A stretch of DNA of 63,997 nt, counting the filler, from Dimargaris cristalligena (Eukaryota), in the NCBI GenBank assembly GCA_003614675.1. It is 16 parts of 16 records of this genome, joined end to end, with 100 filler letters (N's around TTAATTAATTAA, not from the genome) between each part and the next. Parts side by side here need not be neighbours in the genome. Positions count along the whole stretch, not along the records: positions 32,491 to 36,439 come from ML003856.1; positions 36,540 to 40,488 come from ML003857.1; positions 40,589 to 44,530 come from ML003858.1; positions 44,631 to 48,571 come from ML003859.1; 12 more parts are not named here. One strand, given 5' to 3'. The notes under the pieces are model-generated. The model was not told where the DNA came from, did no database searches, and saw nothing but the letters and a program-made list of their open reading frames with translations. Both the position numbers and the translations under genes were made by a program. Shown in pieces: positions 35,018 through 47,600 of this stretch (its first letter is position 1; each line of letters opens with the position of its first letter).

Positions 35018-36195
35018 CTACATCTTTCGGGCCACCACCACGAGGTGTACATAATTGGCGTAGAATTTGCCATTGCGGCACATAACGGGTGTTAAATACT
35101 GTTCCATACGATCGGCCACGTCCTTTCGTTGATTAGCGTCTCCCCAGTCTCCTAAACAGGGATCAATAAATGTGTCAATATATTGACGTATGGTGAAGGG
35201 AAAGTGGCCAACCCAGGGCGTCGCCTCGGCAGTCTCGACCTCGAATCCGGTCTTTTCCAACAGGTCGCGATACTCATCAGCTGTGGGAAAATATAACAAG
35301 TTCGGTAATTCGGCCACTCCATAGCTGTCCATGATAGCTGCAAGTACACCACGCAACGCTAGGAGAGGAGGATTTATAAATACAAGACATATATTTTCAG
35401 CAGTTCCCATGGGCACGATTAGCTTGTCAATGTATTTTAGAGAGTAATTTTCTGACCGTTGTACTTCAATTGGAGTAAAACGCATTAGGGAACACTAACG
35501 TGTACTAAATTATCTAGTATATAGATCAACTTACTGGAAACTGAATGGTGGGCTCCGAACTTAGCCACCAATAGTCCATTAGGCTTCAGGCAGCGGTGCA
35601 TTTCTCGGACCACTTTTCCGGGATCCTGTGCCATCCAATGCAAAGCTTTGATTTTGAATTTTGTGTGGGGGAGGGGATTATTCGGCCACCGGCATTTTTT
35701 TTATATAGAATATATACATTCGATTAAAGCAAACTGTAGAGCAACGTACGCAAAATGAAGGCTCACATGTGGAACATACATCTTCTGCAGCCCTACTCCA
35801 TCGATATATATATATATATATATATATAGGTATAGATATATCATCAGTCCCGCCGAGCACTTACCGTAGTGCGAAAAAATGGCGTCAAATTCCTCCCCAC
35901 CTATGCCCGCTGCCTGTAGGTCGGCACCATCTGCAATACGAGTATCCATTACGCCCAACTGCTTTGCGGCTTCCAGTAAAGCGGGACTCAGATCGACGCC
36001 CACCACACGGTCATGTTGTTTCTGTAATTGCATGGTCAACACGCCGTCACCACACCCCAAGTCCAGGACTTTAGCGTCGGAGGGTACATTGGCCTGAAGA
36101 ATTTGAAGGATTTCTCCGGCCCAGTGCATGGCATTTTCGCTGATCTCCTTGTAGTGGTTGGCACTCCAATCATTGGGTTTGGGCTCTTCAAGCAT
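35018..36195 (-). CDS. Class I SAM-dependent methyltransferase (trans-aconitate MT-like); exons 36195-35865, 35645-35535, 35358-35018
   Basis: WSANHY, VLDLGCGDG, VVGVDLSP. Two GTAAGT..AG introns restore FDAIFSHYALHWM..HRCLKPNG and the C-terminal YANYVHLVVVARK. Confidence 0.88.
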
Positions 36196-37404
36196 GCTGA
36201 GGTAATGAAGGGAGGATGGATTGGGGCCGGAAAGGGTAGAAATGGGGATTTAGAAAAAACTCCTTTAGGATGAATACGGTTGAATAAAGTGATTAAAATA
36301 TACTTTATATAGTTATTGGTTGCCTAGGGAAAACGTACTGTACTTATATGTAACTCAAACCTACGTATATGGATCCTTTAGGTCACCGTTTTTTCGTTGT
36401 TCGCTGCCTCTTCGCCCCCCCCCCCCCCCCCCACCAGATNNNNNNNNNNNNNNNNNNNNNNNNNNNNNNNNNNNNNNNNNNNNTTAATTAATTAANNNNN
36501 NNNNNNNNNNNNNNNNNNNNNNNNNNNNNNNNNNNNNNNCACCGCTGTCTGTAATTTAGAACTTCGCCCCTTCTTGCCCGCACTCACACGGCCTAAAAGG
36601 AATGGATCAGCGATTTAAGCCATGATCCGAGGCAGGATTAGAGTGGGGATTGGAAATAATCAGAAATGCCAGTCTCACCCTTGGGCTAATAATGCCCCTG
36701 TGGGCCATGTTATGCTACCTATCCTGCATTCCTGTGGGGCTCACTGGGACTAGGGAAGGACTGTTTAGGCGCAACCAAGCCTCTCTCTCTCTCTCTCTTT
36801 CGGAAAGGACTATATCGCCTATTATTAGGCTTGACCCCTGCCTTATCCATTAGCGGAGGTATATTTTCAATACGAAGGCCTTTAAACTCCGAATAGAGTA
36901 GCAGTCCATTTCAACAATACGTAAGGGTTGCGAGGGAGTAGTGCTGCGGCGGCAGCGGAGCACCCATGCAAAAGGCAGCGATGGCTCGAATCGGGCCGAC
37001 ACAGCCAGTGAGTAGAGCAGACTTTGCCAATCCGCAGAGACTAGGCAAGGGGCAAGAGGCCGGTTGCACTTGGACATGCCCGACGAGCAATTCCGAATAT
37101 CCAGAGACAAAGGAAAGTGCGCTTATCCTTGACGCATTCTCTCCGATAGCCTCTTTTCTCGTCTGTGTTACTCTCTCTCTCTCTCTCTCTCTCCGCCCAA
37201 TTTTTTTCTTTGCTTTGCTTTTCGGTTAAATGAGTCTCCACCAACCGCAACGCTCATTCCACTTCACCCACTGCATACATTCACATTCCCCTCACCCATT
37301 ATATAAACCCCGCCGGCCGCCTACCGACATTCGCCGTATCCCATAGCTCAACCTCCTACTCCACTCTTGACTTGACTCTACGCTTGTATAAACTATCTAG
37401 CACC

Positions 37405-38917
37405 ATGTAAGTTGCCTCTCTTCGAACAAACAAGGGGCGCTCTGTTCACCTCGGTCGGCTACCTACCACTACGGGAACTCTCCGCTGCGCTATGGCCCGC
37501 CTCCCTCTACCTTTATCTGGTCTGGTCTGGTCTGGTCTGGTCCGGGATAATACTAATACCCCCATGTTTTTATAACTACTACGCTACCCTTGCCTAACGA
37601 TGCACCACGACCGACAGGACTAAGCCCGAGACCTACGTTGTTGACTCTCTCGCCTGTATCAAGAACGGGTGGTTCACTGAGGACATTGAAACTTCCAAGG
37701 GGCAAGGTAATTTATATTACTTGATCAATGCCGGAAAACTCCGCTATACCAATCCATAAACTGTACCGGTTGGTATATTCCAATGATCAGGCAGTATCAC
37801 CCTAGCCCCTCTATTAAAAACATCCCTCCCCCCTTTCTGTATTCTCCTCCTCCAACTACCTTTCCATTATATGCACCAGCCTTTTGCCTGGAAGTCAAGC
37901 GCGTTCTCCACCACGAGCGATCTCCCTACCAAGATGTCTTGGTTTTCGAATCCACCAACCACGGCAACGTCCTCGTCCTCGACGGAATCATCCAATGCAC
38001 CGAGCGGGAGGAATTCGCCTACCAGGAAGTGATTGCTCATACTCCCCTGAACTGTCATCCCAACCCCCGGAAAGTTCTCGTCATCGGCGGGGGTGACGGC
38101 GGGGTCCTCCGGGAAATCGTCAAGCACGAGTGCGTCGAAGAAGTGGTGCTGTGCGAAATCGACGACGTGGTCATCCGGGTCAGCAAGAAGTACCTGCCGC
38201 ATATGGCCGTGGGGCTGTACCATCCTAAAGTCACCGTCCATGTGGGCGACGGTTTCAAATACATGGCCGAAAACTCCGATATGTTTGATGTCATTATCAC
38301 CGACTCGAGCGATGCCGTGGGCCCCGCCACGGTATTGTACGAACTCAACTACTACCGGCTGCTCCGCCAGGCTCTGAATGAATCTGGCATCATTTGTAAT
38401 TTGGGTAAGTGCTCCACTCCATATGTTTGCTCGGCTATCTAAACACGACCTGGCGTATTTATGTTATTTAGAACCATTGCGTATATACACCTCTATCCGC
38501 GCTCCTACGCTCTCCATGCAACACACACTAACTGTTCAGCTGGTACCTCTGGCATTCGACCTCTATAACCTCGCCTCGCCCTCCCCTCTTTATTACCAAG
38601 TGGACTCTGCTTGGGTCAACCCCCGCCTTATCCGGAACGTTCTGCGGTCCATCAAGGCCGAATACCCTTCCATCGCCCTCGCTACTGCATTCACCCCCGC
38701 CTACATTTCGGGCCAGATTTCCTTCATCGTGGCCAGTAAGGAACCCGGCCGTGAGCTATCCACTCCCATACGGCGCTGGACCCCCGCCGAAGAGGCCAAA
38801 CTGTGCCGCTACTATACCGCCGATACCCACAAGGCCAGTTTTACCCATCCTACGTTCGTCCGCAAAATGATCCGGGAAAGCCTCGAAGCCGTTGACTCCG
38901 ATGTGGAGGATAATTAA
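37405..38917 (+). CDS. SPE3: Spermidine synthase-like aminopropyltransferase; exons 37405-37406, 37618-37706, 37880-38404, 38601-38917
   Basis: [72 protein letters not shown]. Three GT-AG introns give one open frame. Confidence 0.88.
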
Positions 38918-39971
38918 TGTTTTCTCTCACTTCAAAAAAGGGAATCCCACTACCACTACCACCAACCGCCATACCAAATTTCAGCGCCGGTTTTATGCTC
39001 CACCCATTGCCATCCCCTTTTGCATGCTCTTGGGGAATATATCCTTCTTTATTATTCCTACACCTTACTTATATATCATTATTTTGCACAAAACTGCAGG
39101 CGATCCAATTTGTCTTCTTCCTAAGCGCTGACTGGCTAGACCTAGTTACGATTCCGGTAATGTGGGGCTGAGCCCACCATTGAGTGGAATGGGCTAGCTG
39201 GTCGACCAAAATTTATAGTCTATTGTAATAAAGTTTGTCACAATATTAAGGCTGGGCTACAAGGGGTGCGGCGGATGAATGTTAATCTATATAGATATAT
39301 ATCTATGCGCGTATTTGGCTTTCAAAAGGCACAAAGAAGGGAGTGGGATGTGATCTACGATATCTAGCAGTGTACAATGGTCTATTTAGAGAAATCGGCT
39401 GCTTTCCAAACGATAAACCCATTTTGAGTTTCCCGACACGCTGCTCTACAGTTCAATTAGCAAATTAATAGTAATGTGAGTTACCTCTAGTCCGACGGAT
39501 GCTCACCTAGCTTGGTGCGTTAGGGGTGTATAGTCTTTCGTTACAGCGGGAGCAACGCGTGGATAGAGTCAGATTCGTATTCCCAAAGGAACGGGAAAAG
39601 AGCGTGGGGACGGGCGACGTCATTGTTTGAAAGCCCCGTTACTTAATCCCAAACACCTGTCCGAGTTTGGATCCACCGCCGCACTACAGGCGGATAAATC
39701 TCCCCAGCAGTAGTAGTGACCTTAGCTTAGCAACCCCCCCTCCCCCGCTACTTATAAAATCCGCCGTAACGTACAGTCACATACCTCTACCTGTTGTTCC
39801 ACCCACCCATACGATACCAACATACACCACTCGACCCTTTTACCTTACTACTTTTGCATGCGGCCACCTCTTTTTTGGGGGTTCGCATTTCACTCTGGTC
39901 CCGATATTAACCAACCAACCCCCCCATTTACCCTCCGCCCCCACCGAAAATAGCCACACCAATTACCCCCC

Positions 39972-40197
39972 ATGCGGACCGACTCTCCTGCCACTGACCC
40001 CTACTCGCCCGAAGCGTTTAAAGGTCGTCTTCGCCAAGCGCTCCACCCGGACCGTAAACCCGGGCCTACCGAAAAAACTGGGCACTGTCCGAGCGTCACG
40101 GAACTCGTAGCCCGCAACCACCCCCATAATTGTGTGTACGACGGGTTTCGAACTAACCACCTGGTTCATAAACTCTACTCCCAGTGGGCCGTCGGAG
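39972..40197 (+). CDS. First exon of a possible questin oxidase/AflY-family oxidoreductase
   Basis: ELVARNHPHNCVYDGFRTNHLVHKLYSQWAVG resembles the family's N-terminal NH..H.L...ALG motif; GTAGGT donor at 40198; no further exons are recognisable before the contig end. Confidence 0.4.
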
Positions 40198-40358
40198 GTA
40201 GGTCAATAATAATAATAATAATAGGGCCAAAAATAGGGTGGTAGTATTTTTTTTGGGGGGGGGGGGAGGCCGTACGGGGAAAAGATAGTGTGTGTGAGTT
40301 GTCCCTTCCCACTACTTGCTAGGCCTCTTGGTCCTTGAGCGGACTTTCCCGTCCATAT

Positions 40359-40488
40359 GGGTAAAGTTCAGCTTGGTTGTATAAGGGTTTAACCGATATG
40401 TGTATGGGAAAATTGGTGGGATGTTTATTTTCAACCAGTAGTACTTGCCTCATCAAATGGATTTTTCGTTATACAGCCTTGTTGAACT
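40359..40488. mobile_element. MITE copy, truncated by the contig end
   Basis: cATAT|GGGTAAAGTTC...TTATACAGCCTTGTTGAACT. Confidence 0.75.
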
Positions 40489-40588
40489 NNNNNNNNNNNN
40501 NNNNNNNNNNNNNNNNNNNNNNNNNNNNNNNNTTAATTAATTAANNNNNNNNNNNNNNNNNNNNNNNNNNNNNNNNNNNNNNNNNNNN

Positions 40589-40719
40589 CTCTTTCGAGTA
40601 TAAATACTCCCCCTTGCTGCCACCTCTTGGAACAGCAAGTCTATCATCACCCTTCCCCTTTTATTATCTTTCTTTCAAATAAAGTTCAGTTTTCAAGGAT
40701 TTGAGTTTGGTTCTTTACA
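40589..40719 (+). mobile_element. 3' part of a family-E LTR
   Basis: TATAAATA, AATAAA, ends TTCTTTACA; homolog at 20335-20510. Confidence 0.65.
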
Positions 40720-40789
40720 GTAGGCTGCCAAACGGGCACTTTGATATCTAAAGGGTACAGTCAATAAAGGAATATCATACAAGGCAAAC

Positions 40790-41522
40790 GGGAACATTAG
40801 TATAGAGGGGGCATCAGACAGCAATTAGGCAAACAAAAAATCGGACAGAAAATCAATTAGTGGGTACATATTTACCTTAGCAAATGGCCTGGTAAGTTGG
40901 GCATCAAAGAAACAAAAGATTGTCACTACCTCTACAACTGAAGCAGAATATATTGCACTAGCCGAGGCTACTAAAGAAGCCATTTGGTTATACCAGACAA
41001 TGGGATATTTATATGAACTGTCAAATGTGATAACCATTGACTGTGATAATTCCATGTGTATTGCAATCACATCTAATCCCACTAATCATGGGAGAATAAA
41101 ACATTTTTTATTTACGCTATCGTATGATACGTGATTATCAAGAGAAGAATATTATAAAAACAAAACAAGTTGCGAGTAGTCAACAGAGGGCAGATTTTTT
41201 AAATAAATCACTCACTGCCCCTGTATTTACATGTAACATTGAATTATCAATAATGGCCAAGTGAATTAAATAAGGGGAATGTTAGAGATCACATGATTAA
41301 CTGTGATTCTCATTCTGCTCTTTTGAGCACTATTTGATTCACTATACAATGGCCACATCCCCTCCATTCTTATGGGTGTGTCTGCTATTCAACAAAACAA
41401 CTCAACTGGAGTTATTGGTTTTACCTTTGTGGCTTTCTTCTCTATTCATTACAATCTTTTACTAGTGATTATTTACCCATATAATAAAGCTTGCAGTTTT
41501 TATTCTTACAATTATTCCAACA
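40790..41522 (+). mobile_element. Ty1/copia relic: RNase H, polypurine tract and 3' LTR (41280-41522)
   Basis: DSN*A..DRKSISGYIFTLANGLVSWASKKQKIVTTSTTEAEYIAL..IDCDNS. Tract AAGGGGAA is followed by TGTTAG...CCAACA. Confidence 0.9.
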
Positions 41523-41559
41523 CTGGGGGTAACTATGGGATAGTTAATATAGTAATATA

Positions 41560-42260
41560 AGGCCTAATAGAGATGGATACTAAGGTATCCAGATTAAGAG
41601 GAATTAGATAGTCTGACAGATTTATAGGTAAGGTTAATTCTATCTCTGCATATTTACCCTAGATAACTGTATATTTAGTCCCATTATATATACTCATAGG
41701 GAAGAAATAGCTATCTAATACTGATCAAACTAAACTTAAACTATACTGGCAGGATCTTAAATACATTTTAGTAAACTCAAAATATCTATATAAGCTAATG
41801 GCAGGAGAATATCTAACCCTATAAGTAGATGCTAAGGAGGCTAGAGTAGGTACAGTCCTAGTGGCTCCCAAAGCTGGTAAAAATGAAGGAAGTAGAGTGG
41901 CTATATATTCTAATAAGGCCTTTAATGGTCAACAGGGTTACCAATACCCCAGATTCAGAGAGGCCTGGGGCCTGGTTTAGGCATTTTGTTATTTCTATAG
42001 CTTCTTAGATGGGGTAGCTAATCTAAGAATTGAGGTTAACGCCACTACCATACTAGGGCTCTTTAATTTTAAAGATGCCTGCCAATTGGATGAACTTGGG
42101 AGCTTTTGGGCTAAACTGGTCACCTCAGGGGTCCATGCCAATAAAATCTACCATAGGCCTAATGATACCCATTTAATATCTGACTAGTTTTCATGAAACC
42201 AGCAATATTAATAACCTAGAAAACTAATAAAACCACCTATTACAGTAATTGCAGCCCATT
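41560..42260 (+). mobile_element. Ty3/gypsy pol relic (RT connection plus RNase H), heavily mutated
   Basis: FIGKVNSISAYLP*..PLY, L*VDAKEARVGTVLV, REAWGLV*AFCYFYSFL; many TAA/TAG stops; almost no CpG. Confidence 0.6.
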
Positions 42261-42886
42261 AAATAGAAATGGAAATACCTAGCTTGAATAGCAAGGTACC
42301 AGCCTAGGACCTTAGTAGTAATGAAGAAACTGCTGACCTATTATTTGCTTTAGATAATAAAGAAGACTCAAGTAGTAATCTAGACCAATAGACACCAGGA
42401 GAAATTTTATTGCAGAAGGCTATTCCATCAGCTTGGACATGGGCTCTCACCTTAGAAGAACAGGAGGCCAATGGGCAACTCAGTAGGTGGATTAAACTAT
42501 ACCAGTAAAGAGATTGTTATGATGGGCTAGAAATAAGACCAGGTACCACAAAATGGACAGGACTTCAAAGGATGGAAATAGGTTTATTAGACTAGGTATC
42601 AGAAAGAGAAAATAAAAGAGGAGTTACAAGCTGAAGATTAAGCTGAGGGAAAATGGTTGGGGTTATATCTAACCTCAAGGGGCAGGGGAAGAATGATGAT
42701 AACTAATAAATACAAACCAGTAACTAGATAATAAGGGGATTAAAATAATGGGAATAAAATACAGTAGGATAATGGGTATATATTTCTATAATATTAAATA
42801 TTAATTTACTCATTTATTGGTATGGGCTATTATTTATATGGCTGGTTATTCTTGTAGTTCAAATTAGTTAGTCATGATATCACCCT

Positions 42887-43453
42887 TATTGCTCCGCCTA
42901 ATCTGTCCTAATCCAACTGATATGATCACTGTCATATCAAGCCATATAGCGCCATATTGTACCCCCGGCTCTAATAAGGCAGGGCATCACTGATATCTCC
43001 CCACCAGCCGGACCTCCTGGGTTCGCACTAATCACTCATAGGTGATCTTAGCGTCTTCTGATTCCCATGGAAGCCCTGCTCAACCAAGGACCAGCTGGTC
43101 CACCTTATTGTTATCCATTTTGTAGTTCCCCCCCCCAGGACCTCCCCTTTGGAGTCACCCTCAGCATATATATAACCAGGCCCCGTTTGGGACCAGTTAG
43201 AACTTCAGCTTATTCTTACCCCCCAGTTTCCCCCAATAAACTCTATATACGCTCAACCCCTCTCACTGCTGACTAGTAAGTGTGCATTTGTGCACATCCC
43301 CCACATATGTAGTGACACTTGCTTTATTTAGTTAGTACTGTCCCACCACCCCTAACGCTAGTAGCCTGCTTGGCCGTGTCCAACGCCCTGCCTATCGTTA
43401 GAAGCCTACCCCCGAGACTCTTGACGGACTAAGAGTGGTTAACTTGGGCGACA
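42887..43453 (+). mobile_element. Full-length family-D LTR (567 bp)
   Basis: Starts TATTGCTCC (decayed TGTCGCCCC) and ends GGGCGACA; TATATATAA and AATAAA inside; homologs at 8152, ~20600, 60748 and 63857. Confidence 0.75.
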
Positions 43454-44631
43454 GTTAGTGAGCAGGTTAATCCCATTGGAGTGGTTATGGATCCGGTCAC
43501 AAACTGCCCAATATTATAGACAGGTTTCATATCAAGTGGTTGAGTTTACGTCGCCATATGTATAACATACACTAGTGGTCATTTTAATAATAGTCTAAAT
43601 CAAGCCACTGCTAAGTCATGTCGGGGAATTTGAGAGAACTGGTTCGTTAGATTATCAGAATATATGATACTGGGGTACAATGTCCCCACTATCAACACCA
43701 ACGTGCATTTTCATTAAAACATTCCTCACATTTATTATAATGAATCCATGCACCTTTTTGCCAACCATTTAAGTTGGTTGGGTGTGCGTACGTTTAGGAA
43801 AACTGAAAATGGACCGGGTGGCGGTTGGGTACCTGGTTGGTCTCTGGGTATTGGAGCTTGGGACTCGTTATATCTGGTCGGGAGAAACTCCGGAACATGT
43901 GACATTTCCTGCACGTTAGCTGAGGGTATAAGGGTAGATAATAGATAGGGGAATGCGATGCACTTCTAACCACCCGATATTAATAGCATTATATTAAAGA
44001 CATGGGCCTGGAGGCTCAGGAGGTTAGGAACCCATTTTATTTCATTCTCTCCTTAGGGGCATTCTCGGATATGACCGCCATCCGACCGTTTTTATTAGAT
44101 TGGCCTGAATAAGGTCATGGCAAATTTGAATGCATAAATGATCACCTGGGGATAAGGGTAGGGAGGAGGCGGGGTGAACTAGGAGGGACGAGGTGGGCAT
44201 GGACGTACCTGTTGTTCCTTGGGGATCAATTAAGAAATGCACCTAGTCTCCTGGACTTTAGGCCATTTCAACCATGCAGCCAGGTACTATCAGGTCGGAT
44301 CCTCGGGAAGGTGTATTGTTAGTGTGCAAAGGCAATGGAGTTGACTAGGCGCATTGTATATCTGTGGGTGTTTGAAGGGGTAGAGGGAGGAGGAGGGAGT
44401 CGTACATCTCAGAGAAAACACGGCTGTACCATAATCATTGGGCCGTAGCTCTAAAAATGAGACGGTCGAAATATTCGATACTCTCGGGTCTTGGTCAATG
44501 GCGGCAACCAACTCAGGCTGAGCGGATCCTNNNNNNNNNNNNNNNNNNNNNNNNNNNNNNNNNNNNNNNNNNNNTTAATTAATTAANNNNNNNNNNNNNN
44601 NNNNNNNNNNNNNNNNNNNNNNNNNNNNNNA

Positions 44632-47600
44632 GAGTCGGCTGAATGGGCGAAAAGGACTGCCGCAGTAAATGAAGAGGTATTGGTACCAATGGCATCATTA
44701 TACCTGCCCCTTATCAGCTCCAATTGCTTGGAATTCAATACTCAGGGTAATTCAGAGTGGCTGTCAATCACTCTAGATAGCACTGTGTCGAATTTTCTAC
44801 TGGGGGTTAACACTTGCCTGGTCCAACCCCTGGAACTGATGCTCGCAGCCTTGTTCCAGGCCCTCTACTCTTTGACGCACACGTCAACTATTACTGTTTT
44901 CAATGAGTCCCACGGCCGTCATGTGTGGGACACCAACCTTGATCCCAGTGGCACTGTAGGCTGGTTTACTACTCTGGTACCCTGTCTGGCCCAGGTTAAT
45001 ACAGACGCAGTGGATTTAGATTTCCTTAAGCTGGCCAAGCAGGCGCTCCGCTCTCCAGGCAGTACTGATAGACGGATGTGCAACCGTGAAAAAATAATAA
45101 GATACTCCGACACCTCAACTTTCCCGGAGCAACTTTATTTACCTGTGGATGTTGTATTCAACTACCTGGGGAGCACTGTGGACCAAAGCACACTAGGGCG
45201 ACAGGGCCGTTCCCCTTGGGTTCTTCGCCCTGAATTAACCTCAATCTTAGCCGTATGCGACTCCAATGAACTTCTCACTCAAATATTGGAAATTATTGGA
45301 TTACCAACCCCCGATGGCGTAGTATTTATGATACACTACTCACCACAGGTCATAGCCACAAGAGTAATTGAGTCCCTTTTGGGCCACTTCCGGGATTCCC
45401 TTGTTAATTTTACTCGTTACCTCAATCAGATCCAGCCTTCTACATTGTGGACTCCGTCCGACTTTCCTGGCCTAAAAGCCACCTTACCTGAGCTCATGAA
45501 ACTCGAATCTGAGCTTATCTCCGGTGGTATTGCCCCACACGATATCGAAGACCTCTACCCCATGCTACCCATGCAGCAGGGCATGTGGACGGCCACAGCC
45601 AAGAATTCTTCCGAATATATGATTCAATTGGCACTTACAATAACTGGCGTTACGGATTTAGACCAAATTTACACTGCGACCAAAGCCATTGTTGCTGACC
45701 ACGCCATTTTGCGTACCATGTTTCTGACTACGTGGAGTAATCAGTACTGCAATGGTATCCAGATTGTCATCCGAGCCCCACATTTTGAATGGCACGTCCT
45801 CAATGAGTGGGTGGATGCGGGCGCCAACTGTGAAGACGAGCTCCTACGGCTAAATCAGGAGCGGGGGTTTACACAAAACGAGCCACTACTACGAGTCTAT
45901 GTTAAGCAGTTGTCATCCACTTCGTTCCGCTACCTGCTAGCTATTCACCACGCCCTAACTGATGGCTGGTCAATGGGACTTATTTTTCAGCAACTCCAGA
46001 TGCGGTTGCAAAATAGACTCCCGTCCCAATCGGGAGCTGCCCTATTTTTCCGCGACTATGCCAGGTATTGCCTAAACTCCTATACTCCGGAAGCCAAATT
46101 ATTCTGGGGCGATTACCTTCAAGGAGTCGAGCAGCCCACTGAGTTGGAGCTTCCTAAACCTTTAAATGGGCCTAGATCCCGGTGTATGTTGGAGTTCCAC
46201 TTTACCTTGTTCTCCGAGTATGACAGAGCCCAGCGAGTTGTCAAACATTTTGGATGTACTCTATATGCAGTCATTCAGTCATGTTGGGCCATCCTGCTTA
46301 GTCGCTATACCGGCCAAACTAATGTCATATTTGGTAACACTGTATCGGGTCGAGCACTTCCCTTAGCAGATATCGAATCACTTGTAGGGTGTCTCATTAG
46401 CGGATAACATCGGAAGATCATCGATGAGAGTGTGCTTTTCCGAAGCCTCGAGGGCGCAAACCAGTCCATTAATTCCTCGTCCCAAAGGATGATTCCGTTT
46501 GAACACCATCATTTAGCGAAGATCAATGCATGGGTGGATGGTGAGGTCCGCCCCAGTGATATGTTCAATACTTTGGTGGTCTATGAGAACTACCCTGCCA
46601 ATGGGTTGGAAAACTCGAATCAAACAGTTACTGTTACAGAGACTATGTCGGTTGAATCCACGGAATATCCCTTAACTGTGATTGCTCAAGTGGAGCATGA
46701 TGAAATTAACGTGTGTTTGAGCTGGGATTCGTCTCAGTTTGGACAACATTATGTGGAGACTCTGGCCCGGCATTTGTGCACCTTATTCAATGGACTGGTT
46801 TGCGCCCTCGAGGCTTCGGAAAAGCACACTCTCATCGATGATCTTCCGATGTTATCCGCTAATGAGACTGCATTAGTCACCGAACAGTTTTCCCGCCCAA
46901 CTCTGGCCATCGATTTCGATGCTAGTGTGCCCCGCCTATTTACTGATTCTGCCAAGGCCATTCCTGATACCATTGCAGTTGAGTACAAGGATATCCATTG
47001 GACCTACAGGGAGTTGTATAACCAATCGATTAACTTGGCTCACCGATTGCAGCATTATGGCGTTCAACGTGAGGCGTCAATTGGTCTTTTAATCGACCGG
47101 CTGCCCAGTACTATCGCGGCTTTTATGGGTGTTCACCAAGCCGGTGCCGCCTTTGTACCCCTCGACCCCACCTTCCCCGTCGATCGACTCAGCTACATAG
47201 TGGAGGACTGTGGTATCCGATTAGTGCTTACGAATATAGCCGACCGGGACAAGTTGGAGTCTATTCGACGACTCCTTGCTGGTATCGAGTTCCTAGCTAT
47301 AGATGACTGTCTACTCCCCCTTCATCTACTCTCGGGCGAATTGCCACAATTACCCCTGATTAAGCCTACCGACTTATCACATATCCTTTACACATCAGGC
47401 ACTACGGGCCGGCCCAAGGGTGTCCAGCTGGAACACCGCCTGATGGCCAACTATGTTCAACAGGCCGAGTCAACGGTTTGCATAACCCCTGGATTGCGGC
47501 TAATGCAGAATATGGCCCTGACGTTTGATGGTGCACTGCTTGAAATCTTCACCTGTCTATGCAAAGGTGGTACCATTGTCATGCGCACCGACATTCTAGA

